A stretch of DNA of 64,000 nt from Neoechinorhynchus agilis (GCA_051530055.1 CM121341.1:1488001-1552000), one strand, 5' to 3'. Counted from the stretch's first letter, positions 1 to 12,157 are shown. Program-made: numbers and translations. Notes: generated by a model not told the origin, from the sequence alone.

Positions 1-3000
1 TCCAAATCTCATCCAGTAAAATTTTCCGAGCATCAACATTATCTCCATCTACTCCCAATAAATCTTCTTTTCTTTGCGATGAATGAGGATTGAAAATTAC
101 ACCTTTAATATCAACCGAACGTTTCATACTACTTTCTTGTGCCTTCTGGTAACAATCCAGAATCTTCACCACATTTTCAGGCTTTGAAGAATGTTCATTT
201 TCTGGGTCATTAGATTCATTTTCACAATCCACCTCTGTCACCAAATTTACAGTTTCGCTTAATTTATTATCTTCTAATTCGGTAAATGTTTCACCATTTT
301 CGGTCTCATCAGCATTTTTAGTTGTGCATTGAACAATCTTCACATCACTCGAGTGATCGCTCACTGTAGCTCCTAATACTTCCAATGCTTTTCGTGAAGT
401 TACTTCTTTTAAATTCAAACAATCGGTTATCGTCACGTCTATTGTCCCGTCCTCTAAGTACTCGTTCGTACTTTCTAACCTTAGTTCAAATATTCTATAC
501 GTTAAAGTAGGCCAAATCATCTCATTTTCCTTTATCAACAATTGAGTTTCCTGAGCTTCATCTTGAGGAACAGCTGCATCTTCGTTGCTTTTGTAATTAG
601 ACAAATAGTCGTCTGTGCATTTGATCATCAGAATATCTTCTTCGGATTGATCTTGAACGCCTTTCCCCGTATGAAATAGTTGAGTAGCCTTATCTAATTT
701 TGTACTCGTTTTATTAACAACTGCGCTTTTATTATCCTCTGGGTCCTGAGGTTTTATGAACGTTGTGTCACAAATACTTTTATTTCGGATCAAATGTTCG
801 TCCCCTGTGCTTATGCATTTCGCGGGGATTTCCAGTAGCATTTCACTTTGTCTCATATTTTTTAGGTCCATATTTATTTCATCTAGAATGTCCATTGTGG
901 ATTTATCATCGTAAAAGTAATTAGGCATTCGAACATCACGAACGAAAATCGGCTTCCTTGCGGATTTTTCTTTATGTACACGTTTCAAAGATTTATGGGT
1001 TTCGTGGTGCTTTTGTTTTACTTTGCGGTTTTCTCTTATATATACGATATCTTTGGCTCCTATAATGTCTTGTTCGACACTCACCGGCGGGATACTAACC
1101 ATTTCCCCCTCAAACGACATATTCGGTGTTTCATTGTAATTTAAAGCACTTAGAATATTTGCTATACCGTCCTTTAGTTCACTATTTACCTCATAATTGA
1201 AACATACATCTTCGCCATATAAAAGTTTTTTAGACTCACACCAACTAGCGCTCTCCATAAAGATAAAAGGTCCGTTAAAAATGCTTCCAGTGTACAGCCA
1301 AATTGGAATTTGATTGGACCTGTTTTCTTTTAATCCATCCGATACGTCTCCTGACATCATCAAAAGGAAAAACTTAAGAATTTTAACAGGTTCTTGTGTA
1401 AACGTTTGTTTCAAAACTCCCATAATACCGTTAGTTAATTCCGAAAACGTATAGGTATCCGCTCTTGACACAATCTCCGTATCCATCATAATGTCGTATA
1501 CTAATGCATATCCTGCTCCACTCATTTCATATAAATCTTTCAGTATTAACCCTAGTATTTTTCGATTTACAGACGACGAACGAGTATTTATATAAAGCTT
1601 TCTTTTAACTGCATCCATTATTCACATCCAACACTCTTCTGCAAAAGATAAACCCTACAAAAGAGCATGTTGATTCTGTGGTATGGATGTCACCGTTTTG
1701 AGAACAATGTTTATATCGATAAATTCCTCAATGTTTAAAGGGGGATGCAATTTTGAAAACACATAACTGCAATACAAATCAAGATTTATCTCTATTCCAT
1801 TTAATATTTTATCCAAAAGGGATTCAGGCGGATATGCGGTTGACATCGCTTTTATAGTTGAAGTCAGAAACTCGGTTGTTTTCGGAATGTCATATTGTTT
1901 TGAGATATTGCTATTAGCACGAACCTTATTCGTCCAATCTCGAATGAGGGAAGCGTAGAGGTTTTGAGCATGCAGTGATTTTCGCGAGGTTAAATCGTCT
2001 TTATACATCAAATCTATGTCGTTTTCGGTTGTACTATAAAAACTTGATGTCCTCATTGACGATCGGAATTTGTCAGTGATCCATGGGAAAATCTCCGATT
2101 CTTGGATTGTACCACGGTTTTTTCCCGACGTCCGTATAACTTCAGAATATTGGACAGATGCTCTCGGAAAGGTGCTTGAGCGACGCACGAAGCTGTTCCG
2201 CAATGGAAACGATGCAGCCTTTTGATCAAGACTTTTGGTTAATTTACATCTCTCCAATTGCAGGAAATCAAAAATCAAACGCTGACAAATTGGACCCAAA
2301 TCATAAGTTAAATCCATCGACTTTCCTCGTTTTGACGCGTTTTTTATTCTAAAACAAAAATACGCTTACATTCTTAATAGTTTTTATAAATAACAGCAAT
2401 AAAGGAAAATTGCGGTTGAAATTACGAACTTGACCAAATATTTGTCATGATTTGCTGGCGCAAGGAGGGAAAAGTTAAAGATGTTGAGGTTTTAGAAAAC
2501 TTTTTTCAAGAAGGATTTAACGGACATATCGCGGAAAGATTTTTGAATTATTTGAGTAGGATGGTATCCTTAAACCCTTTTATTCTGAATACTTTGACGG
2601 ACTTCTGTCTAATCTATTGGACGGACGGCATAATTTCGATGTTAAATCTTTATATACATCTATGTATTCTAATAAATTTAGAGCTAAAATCCTTTAGATA
2701 AGTAATTCTTAGGTTAAAAATTCTACACTTTATCCTAACTTACATTTCAGTTGTCAGTTCCTCGAAGTCATATTCTTCACTTCTCGACTCCTGACTAAAA
2801 GCAAAGGATGAAATATCACTTTCTAATTCACTAGAAACTGAAGTGCAATATTAAGAAGAAGATAGTGAACAATGAGAGCGATACCTTCTAGGAGACCAAT
2901 GATATTGTGGGACAAATTGGATGAAACTTCGTCAATTCGGAATTGCCAATCAGGGGGTAAACTATTGACTTCTATAGGACGATTTATAGTATGCCCTGTT

Positions 3001-3866
3001 ATATTTGTGTAAATTCCTTCTAGGCAATCCATAATCCCTAGAACTCCAACGCCAATCGTCGAAATTGATCTCCCCAATCGATTGATTTGTTCGAAGTTAG
3101 CCAAAACTATTTTAAAGATTCGAAGGATGTTGCACAAATGATGCTTTTGAATATCGAAGACTTTATTCATTTCTTTGCGTTTTTGGTTCAATGAATGAAC
3201 AGTGCATAAAAGATCCAATAGATCCATTGCCAAAAAGCAGCACCAATATGTCACATCCATCAAATTGTAATCATTGCAGAATTGTGTCTAAACGTATAAA
3301 AAATTGCTAGATCAATTGCAAACCAAACAACGATCGATAAACTTTTATAATTTCTTTATCAAGGTTGAAGAGCGCTATTGCGTCTCGCATCCACACGTTG
3401 TAGAGCTGATTGATCGATGGCAGAAAAGTTCGGACTATGTGACCATCGAAACCAGATATTTTATCAATCACGTTTATTATTTTCACAACTACTGATTTGC
3501 CAGAATATTGGCTACTTTTATGAGTGATCGAAGCGATAACCAACGAAGAACCTGCTTCAATATTCACAGCACTTAAGATTCTATTTAAGCGCTCTACCGA
3601 CGCAATTCCAATATCAATCTAATAAAATTAGATTTATTGAAGGTAACGATTATATTCTGTACCTGAATTGGACAAGGATTCATTCTGAATATCTCCCCAG
3701 TCATTGTTAATCTATTCATGCGCTTAAAGGCAACTAAATAACTACTTAGAGTGGTTGTATTCGTGGTTACTATAGTTACTAACCAGGTTAGTCTTTTAGC
3801 AAAGAACCCTTTTTGGTTTTTGAATCTTAAAGAAAGTGGTTCGCGCTTAATTAAAAAGTACTCAAA
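1..3866 (-). CDS. Large multi-exon gene of unknown function, runs off the left edge of the window
   Basis: Minus-strand ORF blocks join in frame through GT-AG introns at 3619-3662 (44 nt), 3288-3342 (55), 2838-2884 (47), 2692-2743 (52) and 2349-2592 (244). A 63-nt hairpin interruption at ~1621-1684 follows. A long open frame then continues from 1618 (MDAVKRKLYINTRSSSV...) toward base 1; I translated it to ~base 780 and it is absent from the ORF track, consistent with no in-window stop. No family recognised; the 5' end is probably upstream of 3866. Confidence 0.7.
1619..1684 (-). other. Candidate non-canonical hairpin intron (63 nt, ATA direct repeats)
   Basis: In-frame segment containing TAG and TGA between two same-frame ORFs. 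ATA repeats at 1682-1684 and 1619-1621. Sense-strand stem CAACA(UG)CUCUUUUGUA / UGCAGAAGAG-UGUUG with two U-G pairs. Confidence 0.55.
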
Positions 3867-4118
3867 CTGTCAATTTGATAAGCTCTAAATATGTTTTAGT
3901 CCTTTTCAAGTTTTCGTTGTTCTTACTATTTCCGAAACGGAAACGATTCCAGTACAATACATTCAATTAAATAGCACAATTAGCTTAAATTTCTATATTT
4001 TCTTCGCTTTTTTGATTATGCCTATCAATTGAGTTGTTGACTTCTCAAAAGTGAATCGCTATATGCAACGAATTATGGTACATACACACATTCTTATTAA
4101 TAAGCTCAACCTAATATT

Positions 4119-6260
4119 TTAATCCGTCCCTTTTGAATCCGCCGGAGTTCTCATAGCCACACGATTGCCACGTCGCGCCCTCCTCACAATTGAACTTCGA
4201 GTGAAAATCTTTACAAGAATAGCAGAAACGAGAAACGCGGCAAAAACAGAAATCATGAACACCGTCCAGTTCTTCTTTATTGGATCCAATTTCTTGCTCA
4301 CAACATCTCTAAGTTTATCAAAAGCTCTAACGTGATCCATTATACGACACATTTGAAAAATATCACAAAATCCGCCACCACTCGCACAAGCGGATCCAGT
4401 TCTCATGACAAATCCCTGAGTGCAGTTTATTGGTGACTTTTGACAGTGACTCATAGATTCTTTGAAATCAAAAGAGTCAATACATCGATTGTCCACAATA
4501 CAATGAACATGGCATAGGGCAAGCCTCTCGGATATGCTAGCAGTTCGGATGTTGATTGAGTCGGGAGAACAAGGTTCCAGACCGAAATGGGCGCACAGTG
4601 AACCAATGCATTGGCCATTAACGCACGTCGCTGTGTCCCCGGCACACAATGTTCCACTGGCAACCTTATTTTCCGTTCGTTGTTGACATTTTGATGAATT
4701 CCCTTGACAGAATCCGTCTTTTCGGCACTCATCCGTCTGCTTTTCACATATCTCGTTTTTCTCGAAAAAATTGCATGTTTTTGATGAGCAACATGGACCC
4801 ATCGATGGACTGCACACGGCATTATCCTTCAAAGTGCATCTCTTTGCTATAACTGGATAATCGGCTGGATAGCAACATTTATCGAAACGTTCATTACATT
4901 GGTCTTCAAAGCCACAGTCGCAAACTTCATTTTTATCGATAATTCTGTTCCCGCAGTATCCATCAGCAGCCGTAACCAAACAATTCAATTCGTTCTTCAT
5001 AACTCGATCCATCATAAGCGAAATGTGCTCGAGGCTACATGGAGATAACCTTCGATTATTAAGCAGATATCCAACTGAAGATTGTGGGTGCATGAGATAT
5101 TTTCCTTTAGGTCCATCAGGAGAACATATTGCGATTTCAGGGTCGTGTGGGGCTCCTAGGTTATGGCCGACTTCATGCGCAAATGTGCTGATTGCCGTCA
5201 CTTGCGAAACTCTACGATTTTGACTTATTATACAATCAAATGTCTTTAAATTTAAGCAGACTATCAAAGGCAATTGAAAGTTTAAGGTGACGACGCCGGT
5301 ATTTGATGAAGTGCCCTTCATCCGTCCTCCACATATTCCACCCAATCTATCTTTTTCCGACATGTAAGCCAACCCAAGTGTTCCCTCAAACTCTCGAGCC
5401 GTGAACGTATAAGCGAGGCAATAATCAGAGAAATCACCGCGCGTATGAGCACTAAGAAATCCCATAATGTCCATATTCGTCTGACAAAGCAGTTTTTCGG
5501 GATCTTTCTGAAGTGCTTCAGGAGAAATATCTTCACAGTCTTTGGGTTCCATTATTCTAAGACGCTTGATTCGAAAATTGAGTCCTTTGTAAATCCCTCT
5601 GCTGGTACGAAATTCGACATCCTTATAAATGACGTTCAATTCATTTACCATAATTTCAAAAGAGGCTATAATATTGGTGATCGTTGCACCATGATCTTTG
5701 TGTCCGTTGGTGTTATAAATAAGATTGTAGTATTCAACGTCGGATCGGATAAATAAATTGCATGTTGAACGGTTGCCTGGAAAAGGAATATAGTTTAGAA
5801 TCCTTCTTTTAAATCGAGGACGAGGATCGGTGTAGTTCGCCGATAGTCCACATGTCTTGTTGCCAATTGCATCTTTGTGAACTTCCTCGCTATATGCAAT
5901 GGTTCCTTTATCCGTAAGGCCAACTAAGGTTGATGATTCGACAAAGAAACTAAAAGTATCGTTCAGATGTATTATTCCTTCAAAATGTCCGACAAATGCG
6001 TCTATGAAACCGTTGACTATAGATTTATCGTAGTCTCGAACAATTCCGTTTTTGAGGATCACGACTCGGCCAGTAGTTATGATCTGTGAAAATATAACAA
6101 AATGATTTGATCCAAACTTGATATCGATTTCGACATGATCGGTCTGATATACAATTCGCTCGGTCACTTTGTCATAGGAGCGGATGTTTTGATTGATTAA
6201 GTGTTCGCGATAAGGGGAAACTAGAGTAAATAAGAGAGTTGCGATATTAAATAGAAGCAT
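4119..6260 (-). CDS. ADAM10-like: ADAM10/Kuzbanian-like membrane metalloprotease, paralog 1
   Basis: Signal peptide, prodomain with Cys-switch (KTCGL), furin site RPRFKRR, zinc motif HEVGHNLGAPHD, Met-turn YLMHP, disintegrin (YCGNRIIDKNEVCDCG), Cys-rich region, TM helix and short tail. Carries an in-frame 54-nt insert before the zinc motif. Confidence 0.92.
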   Translation of the reverse strand: MLLFNIATLLFTLVSPYREHLINQNIRSYDKVTERIVYQTDHVEIDIKFGSNHFVIFSQIITTGRVVILKNGIVRDYDKSIVNGFIDAFVGHFEGIIHLNDTFSFFVESSTLVGLTDKGTIAYSEEVHKDAIGNKTCGLSANYTDPRPRFKRRILNYIPFPGNRSTCNLFIRSDVEYYNLIYNTNGHKDHGATITNIIASFEIMVNELNVIYKDVEFRTSRGIYKGLNFRIKRLRIMEPKDCEDISPEALQKDPEKLLCQTNMDIMGFLSAHTRGDFSDYCLAYTFTAREFEGTLGLAYMSEKDRLGGICGGRMKGTSSNTGVVTLNFQLPLIVCLNLKTFDCIISQNRRVSQVTAISTFAHEVGHNLGAPHDPEIAICSPDGPKGKYLMHPQSSVGYLLNNRRLSPCSLEHISLMMDRVMKNELNCLVTAADGYCGNRIIDKNEVCDCGFEDQCNERFDKCCYPADYPVIAKRCTLKDNAVCSPSMGPCCSSKTCNFFEKNEICEKQTDECRKDGFCQGNSSKCQQRTENKVASGTLCAGDTATCVNGQCIGSLCAHFGLEPCSPDSINIRTASISERLALCHVHCIVDNRCIDSFDFKESMSHCQKSPINCTQGFVMRTGSACASGGGFCDIFQMCRIMDHVRAFDKLRDVVSKKLDPIKKNWTVFMISVFAAFLVSAILVKIFTRSSIVRRARRGNRVAMRTPADSKGTD
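5229..5284 (-). other. Candidate hairpin intron in ADAM paralog 1 (54 nt, TAA repeats, degenerate stem)
   Basis: Removing 54 nt between the TA(A) repeats gives NTGVV-TLISQNR-RVSQVTAIS-TFAHE, the 16-residue ADAM10 spacing. Ends pair at 10/14 positions. Same position as the inserts in paralogs 2 and 3. Confidence 0.6.
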
Positions 6261-8148
6261 CGATATTTTTAGAGGATATCACCGATCCGACAAAGCGAAG
6301 ATTTTCAATTCCTCTGATTTTTGTTGAGCTTCTTAGTAAAACCATGGCAACGATCTATCTCATGATGCCAGGTTCGACTGATCATCCATGGAGTAATTGG
6401 AGTAACAATGCTATCTATATGTGTGTGATCCATATCGTAGATGTATCCGACATTACTTGTATCTAGACTTCTTCACTCACTTATGATAAATAAAGACTCA
6501 TTGTAAATTGAAGAACCATTAAACAAAACGTGATTACTTCCTGTTTCATTCAATGCCATACAATCAGCTGTGTCCTTACTTGTGATTGCTATGAATAGAT
6601 GATTACGCGAAAAATGAGAAGTAAGCATTAATGCATTATCCGTTGGTCTAATCTGAAATTTCTTTGGTGAAATCCGACAATCAATTATCCGGCTTGCTTA
6701 TCACTTTGATGCAAACTTGTGGCATATAATAATCCGGACATTAAGATCAAATGAAAGATCTGAGTATTTCATTTTAATATCTTTTAAATAATAAGTACCT
6801 CTTGACTACACATTAATGAGTTATTGTTCGCGTTAAGTATCACTAATTTCAAAAAAAAACAACTTAATAATAATCATTTTCTCGAAGAATTACACTTTTT
6901 TCGAGCTAATTTGCAAAAGGCTGTACGATTATTCGACTGTCTTGTACTAAGTTGATAAATGTCCAGAAGCTATGAAACGCATCATTTTGGCCCGAATATT
7001 TTACAGAATTTCTCCTCTACGAATCTCAGGTGTTTTAAGGGCGCATTTAACGATACTCGTCGAGTTGGACAACTAGACTGCAGTTAGATTAAAAAAAACC
7101 AGTACCATAATTGAAGCCATTTTTTGACATTGTCTGTCTAAAGTCACACATCATACGCATAAAATTTAAATATTCGCCGGCCAATTATGGCAATAAGACA
7201 AACGAATTTCGCGACGAAATTCTTAAATAGCGACCCATAGGTTAAAAACAATCGAAACAGTTTATGATTCCAGAATAAATAGAATTCATTTAATTTTTCA
7301 AACCGTACACAATGTCCAGGAAATGACCAAAAAACCGGTTATTGTGATTTTCATAGTTTTAGTGAATAAGTCCAAAAATATACCGTGATTGTGTGGTACT
7401 ATCGAACCTTTTTTATGTTCAGATGCAAAAATTGTTCCGTGTATTCCTTTCTGCAATGAGACAACTCGCAGCAAAGAAACTTCAAAGTCTGTCAAGGAGT
7501 GTAAAGTTCGCAAAACGATCAAAGTGTTTATGAACTGTCTTTTATTCCAAATACGACTAAAATGATAGGGCTTTGAATAAACTTTATGAGAAAAAAGACA
7601 CAATGAATCTAAAGCTCCATTGCCTTTTAAGTGCAGCAAGACAAATCTTAATCAATATTTTATGAAATTTAAGACCTTTGAAAGGACAGAAAGACTAAAA
7701 GTAGCTTCAATTGGAATGAAAGATTAACACTATCTTCTTGAATGTTTACTCTTTTTCGCTAAAATGATCATCGTTCGTACTTTGTAATCTTGTTCAAGAA
7801 ATGGGAACATACCTATAATAATGGAGTAGTTCATCACTCTCGTCGGCGTACTATTAATTTAATTGCTGGATAATGTTATTAATAAAATTTTCAAATAAAA
7901 GCAAAAACGAATGCAAACAAAATTGGATTGTTGACACATTTAAGAATAAAGGAAATCTGCATTTTTGTACTCCCAATATTCATTTCTAGCGTCCATGAAA
8001 AGCATTGTAAAAGCGTTATTAATGGATTGTTTTGTTGAAGGCCATGAGTTTACATTATTGTAGAATGTAACAAAATTTTGACTGTTGATTGCAACAATTT
8101 GACCAATTTATTTATTATTTATTTAGCCCTTTAATCTGATTATACAGT

Positions 8149-8379
8149 TCACCTCGAAAAAGGAGTATCCGGTGGTCCCCATCTTGTCAAACTGGTTCTC
8201 CGAGTATTCGAAATTTCCTTTTCTTCCCTTAGATTCTGTGTTGTTCTTGTTACTACGTATTTTACCTTGTCGTCGAAGGGATGCTCAATCCTAATTTCAT
8301 TTATAACTTCAACGTTTTCATTAAAGTGAACTCGCTTCGCTCCTTTATTAAGGGATCCTGGGTGCACTGGTTGTTGCAT
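8149..8379 (-). CDS. Small 76-aa ORF with an RVxF (PP1-docking-like) motif
   Basis: ATG-initiated ORF containing KRVHFNENVEV; no other support. Confidence 0.3.
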   Translation of the reverse strand: MQQPVHPGSLNKGAKRVHFNENVEVINEIRIEHPFDDKVKYVVTRTTQNLREEKEISNTRRTSLTRWGPPDTPFSR

Positions 8380-9311
8380 TAGGATTATCCGTTCGGTATA
8401 AACAACGCGGTCTCGCTAAAGTAATTCAACTTTAAGTGAGCTCTTGCGACAATGCAACAGTTACCATGGAAATTGAACTAAGACCCACGATTTATTTATG
8501 CTCACTGTTAGATTGCAGTGTCACAATTCCTTGAGACTTTTTAAAAGTTATTCACCAAAAAATAAGTATTCATTGCGAATTTCTCGACAAAAGTTCACAA
8601 TAAGTGTTTCTTCTAAGAACACCAATTGGGATGCCCTTTAAGATTTAAAACCCCAATTCATTTCATAAAACAAATAAAGGGAAAATAAATGTAAGCATTT
8701 ATCGCTTTTAAATTGATAGTTTTTAAAAAAATCGCTGATAATTTTAGGTTCGTATAACAACCAGACTAAAATGTAAGAAGAGCTAATTAGCCGATCGATA
8801 AATAGCGAAAAATGCATTTAGAGAAGCTCAATATTGTCGTTTCATTTCGTTGTTAAAGATAGTTCGAAGTTTGAGCCGTAAACGAAATTTTCGAAGGAAA
8901 ATGAAATCATTAAACAAATTCAAAAATTTGGTACAAAATTAACTATTCTCTTGATTGGCAAAATGACTTATTGTAATTTAGAAAACACGAATTACCTTAG
9001 TCTCAAAAAAAGAAAATGTTTGCATCCTACGACACTTAACCTTTGAATGCATTTATCAGTCTTTTCAAGGTCTATTTAAGCATAAAGCGTGGCACGAGAA
9101 AATATTTCAATTGTAAATAAATTTTACAATCTAAAATAAGTTTCATTTGTTTTTCATTTAGCGTTTCTCTAAGATCCAATACTAAAATTTTGAATTTCCT
9201 TAGTGAATTAATACTATTTAATGTAGGTGTTCTGCTGTCTAATATGCATTCACCACGAGGTGGGGCAAAACGAATGAAAAATTTTAATTGATCAATATTG
9301 ATCTAGTTACC

Positions 9312-11457
9312 ATGGCTTCACTTATGATACATCAAAAATGTTTCATACTCCTGCAAATGACCGTAATGATTGGTTCTATCGCAGCTGCATTATTGTCTTT
9401 AGTTGCTAACCTTAAAATGCCAATTATGGGTATCACGATCAACAATTTCGATATAGTCAACCAAAATATTTCCTACCAAAGTAACAGCATTCAAATAGAT
9501 CTCAGATTCGGCAATAATCATTTTTTATTAACCTCAGAAACCCAAAACGTTGGAGCGTTCCAGATTTTAAAAAATGGTACAATCCTTAACTACGAAAAAT
9601 CAGCAGTGCATGGATTTGTCAATCCATTAACGGAAAAGTTTGAAGGAATACTTCATTTGAACGATACATTTAGTATATTCATTGAACCGGCAAATGTGGT
9701 TGGTCTTCAAAGCAAACTAACCATTGCCTATAACCAAACTTCAATTAAAGTCCAGAGTCCTACAAGGACGTGCGGTTTGACTGAAAACTACAATCGAACT
9801 CGATCTCGGTTTCCAAGAGCCGTTCTAAAACGCATACCATTTCCCGGAAACCGTTCAACGTGCAGCCTTTTTATCCGAACTGATGTAGAATTCTATAAGT
9901 ACTTCTACGACCAGTACGGAAACAAGAATCACGATTCGACGATCGATTACATTACCGCATTAATTGACTTACAGGTTAAAGAACTAAATCGAGTCTACTC
10001 GGGCGTAGAGTTTAAAACAAGCAAAGGCATCTTAACAGGTTTTAATTTTCAAATAAAGCGTCTAAAGATAATGGAACCAAAGGACTGTAAAGACGTTTCT
10101 AAGAGAGCAACTAGATTAGATCCTGGAAAGCTGCTTTGTCCAATGCATTTGAATATCAGTGAGTTTGTTACTGCGCATGTTCATTATGACTATTCAGATT
10201 ATTGCTTGGCCTACGTCTTCACAGCTCGGGATTTCCAAGGAATTCTGGGTGTTGGTCACTTGTCAGAAATTGAGGTTAAGGGTGGAATATGTGGGGGACA
10301 TACAAATGGGCACTCTGCCAACATTGGAGTCGTTACTATAATCCGTCAGGTGTCTTAGATGACGGCTCCAAAAATTATTGGAGACATTTGACGGTATAAT
10401 AAGCGGAGAAAGTAGAGTTAATCAAAACACTTTTATGAGCACATTTGCTCATGAAGTCGGGCATAATCTCGGCGCTCAACATGATCCTCAGACTATGCAA
10501 TGTTCGCCAAACGGAATTGAAGGGAACTATCTTATGTATGCACATAACACGCCAAACTACATGGAAAACAATCTGAAATTCTCCCCTTGTAGTCTACAGG
10601 ACATGGCACGCATGCTTGAACGGATTCTGCGCGAAGAACCGGGGTGCTTAGTTAGTGAAACCGATGGATTTTGCGGAAACCGAATTGTCGAAAGCAGCGA
10701 AGATTGTGATTGTGGCTACGAAGATGAATGTGTTCAACAGAATGATAAATGCTGCTACCCAGCGGACTATCCCTATGTAAAACTAAGATGTAAATTAAGA
10801 AAAAATGCCCTATGTAGTCCTTCAATGGGTTCGTGTTGTTCCACGAATTGTAAGTTCAAAAGTAGAAATGAAATTTGTGAGATTTCATTCGACGAATGTC
10901 GCTTAAATGGACATTGTAATGGAAAATCGGCGAAATGTTCACAGCGAACCAGTCGCGATTTTTCTGATGGGACATTGTGCAACGATGATGAAGCGACGTG
11001 CCTCAACGGTCAGTGCATTGGTTCAATTTGTGCTCATTTTGGTTTAAAATCGTGTTTACCTGAGTCCGTCGATATTCGTTCCGCAACGGTCCAAGAGAGA
11101 CTTAAGCTTTGTCATGTCCATTGCATCTTAGATGGACAATGTGTCGACACCGCTGAATTCAAAGATTCAATGGAACTTTGCAAAAAGTCGCTGTTAAATT
11201 GCAGTCAAGGATTTATGCTGTCTAAAGGCTCCGTTTGTTCTCAACAAGGCGCGGCTTGCGAAGCTTTCCAAATGTGCATCCTCACGGATCACAAAAGAGC
11301 ACTCACTGTCCTTAATTCTCACGCTATTATAAGAAGCTGGATAATATGCGCAGTACTAACTTCAATCGCCCTAGTGATTGCGCCTATAATCTTAAAAATT
11401 TGTTCTCGACAAAGATACGATGCCTATTTTAGCAGCAATATCGAGAGAGAAGCTTAA
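9312..11457 (+). CDS. ADAM10-like: ADAM10/Kuzbanian-like metalloprotease, paralog 2 (two exons)
   Basis: ORFs 9288-10358 and 10378-11457 encode prodomain (RTCGL), catalytic domain (HEVGHNLGAQHD, YLMYA), disintegrin, Cys-rich region and TM helix. A 58-nt interruption with a stop and a frameshift must be removed. Start ATG 9312 is an assumption. Confidence 0.9.
9435..10132 (+). repeat. Inverted-repeat arm A (698 bp), partner 16117-16814
   Basis: Prodomain and N-terminal catalytic translations of paralogs 2 and 3 are identical except K/E in KDC(K/E)DV; both blocks measure 698 bp. Confidence 0.9.
10337..10400 (+). other. Candidate hairpin intron in ADAM paralog 2 (58 nt, TATAAT direct repeats)
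   Basis: TATAAT at 10337-10342 and 10395-10400 directly flank a 13-bp stem CCGTCAGGTGTCT / AGACATTTGACGG (11 Watson-Crick + 2 G-U). An inner hairpin CTCCAA/TTGGAG is also present. Removal yields VTIISGESRV with canonical spacing. Confidence 0.7.
10671..11313 (+). repeat. Inverted-repeat arm B (643 bp), partner 14937-15579
   Basis: Disintegrin/Cys-rich translations are identical, as are the antisense ORFs 10773-11006 and 15244-15477. One synonymous difference seen at the block edge. Confidence 0.9.
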
Positions 11458-11559
11458 ATTGCGTTTGAAACAATGTAGCGCAAAAAGGCTTACTATATGT
11501 TAATGGTCTGAAAATAAATCTATTTTAAACATCGATAGAAAGTCCTTCAGGATAATAAA

Positions 11560-11794
11560 ATTACACTTTCGGTGAGAATAATCCCGGTCATTACATATTT
11601 TATTTATTCGAAACATTTCGCGAGGTATCCTCGCCTCTTCAGTCATCGCTTGTAAGTTTTTAAATATTAGAGTTTCGAATAAGCAACGTCGTAAAAACTT
11701 ACAAGCGATGACTGAAGAGGCGAGGATACCTCGCGAAATGTTTCGAATAAATAAAATATGTAATGACCGGGATTATTCTCACCGAAAGTGTAAA
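11560..11794. mobile_element. Palindromic element (~103-bp arms, 29-bp spacer) with a Penelope-type minimal hammerhead motif in each arm
   Basis: Arms 11560-11662 and 11692-11794. Plus-strand motif: CTGAAGA (11712-18), G, GCGAGG-ATA-CCTCGC, GAAA (11735-38), TGTT. Spacer shares GCTTGTAAGTTTTTAAATATT...AGCAACGTC with the 33.7-kb element. Confidence 0.7.
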
Positions 11795-12157
11795 TCTATT
11801 TTATATTCAACTTTTTCCAAAATGCAACTTTGTAAATTATGGTCAATTTTGATTTGTGGTGAAGATAATAACTGGGATTATCTTCACCACAAGTAAAAAT
11901 TTGTAAATCATCCATGTCATTTTCTAGTCGATCTTTTTGCGCAAGTTCAGTGTTCAATACCTTTTCTCAATAAGAAGGGTTTATAAACATCCACGCCGCT
12001 GCTCTGGATCCCTCAGCTGCAGTCCTGGTGTAACGGTCGAAAGGACGTGTGACAGGGTATTTGGATCGATAATGCGCGACCGGTAAAACGCGTGTTAACG
12101 GGTGCAAACATAGTGTGGTGTGTTAGAGAGTTTATGAGGGTATAATAAAAAACATAA

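Noticed and set aside
5231-10403. TC..AG non-canonical donor model for the ADAM inserts
   Set aside because: It also gives the right spacing, but the TA(A)-repeat model explains all three paralogs at one homologous position and coincides with the stems. It is not formally excluded.
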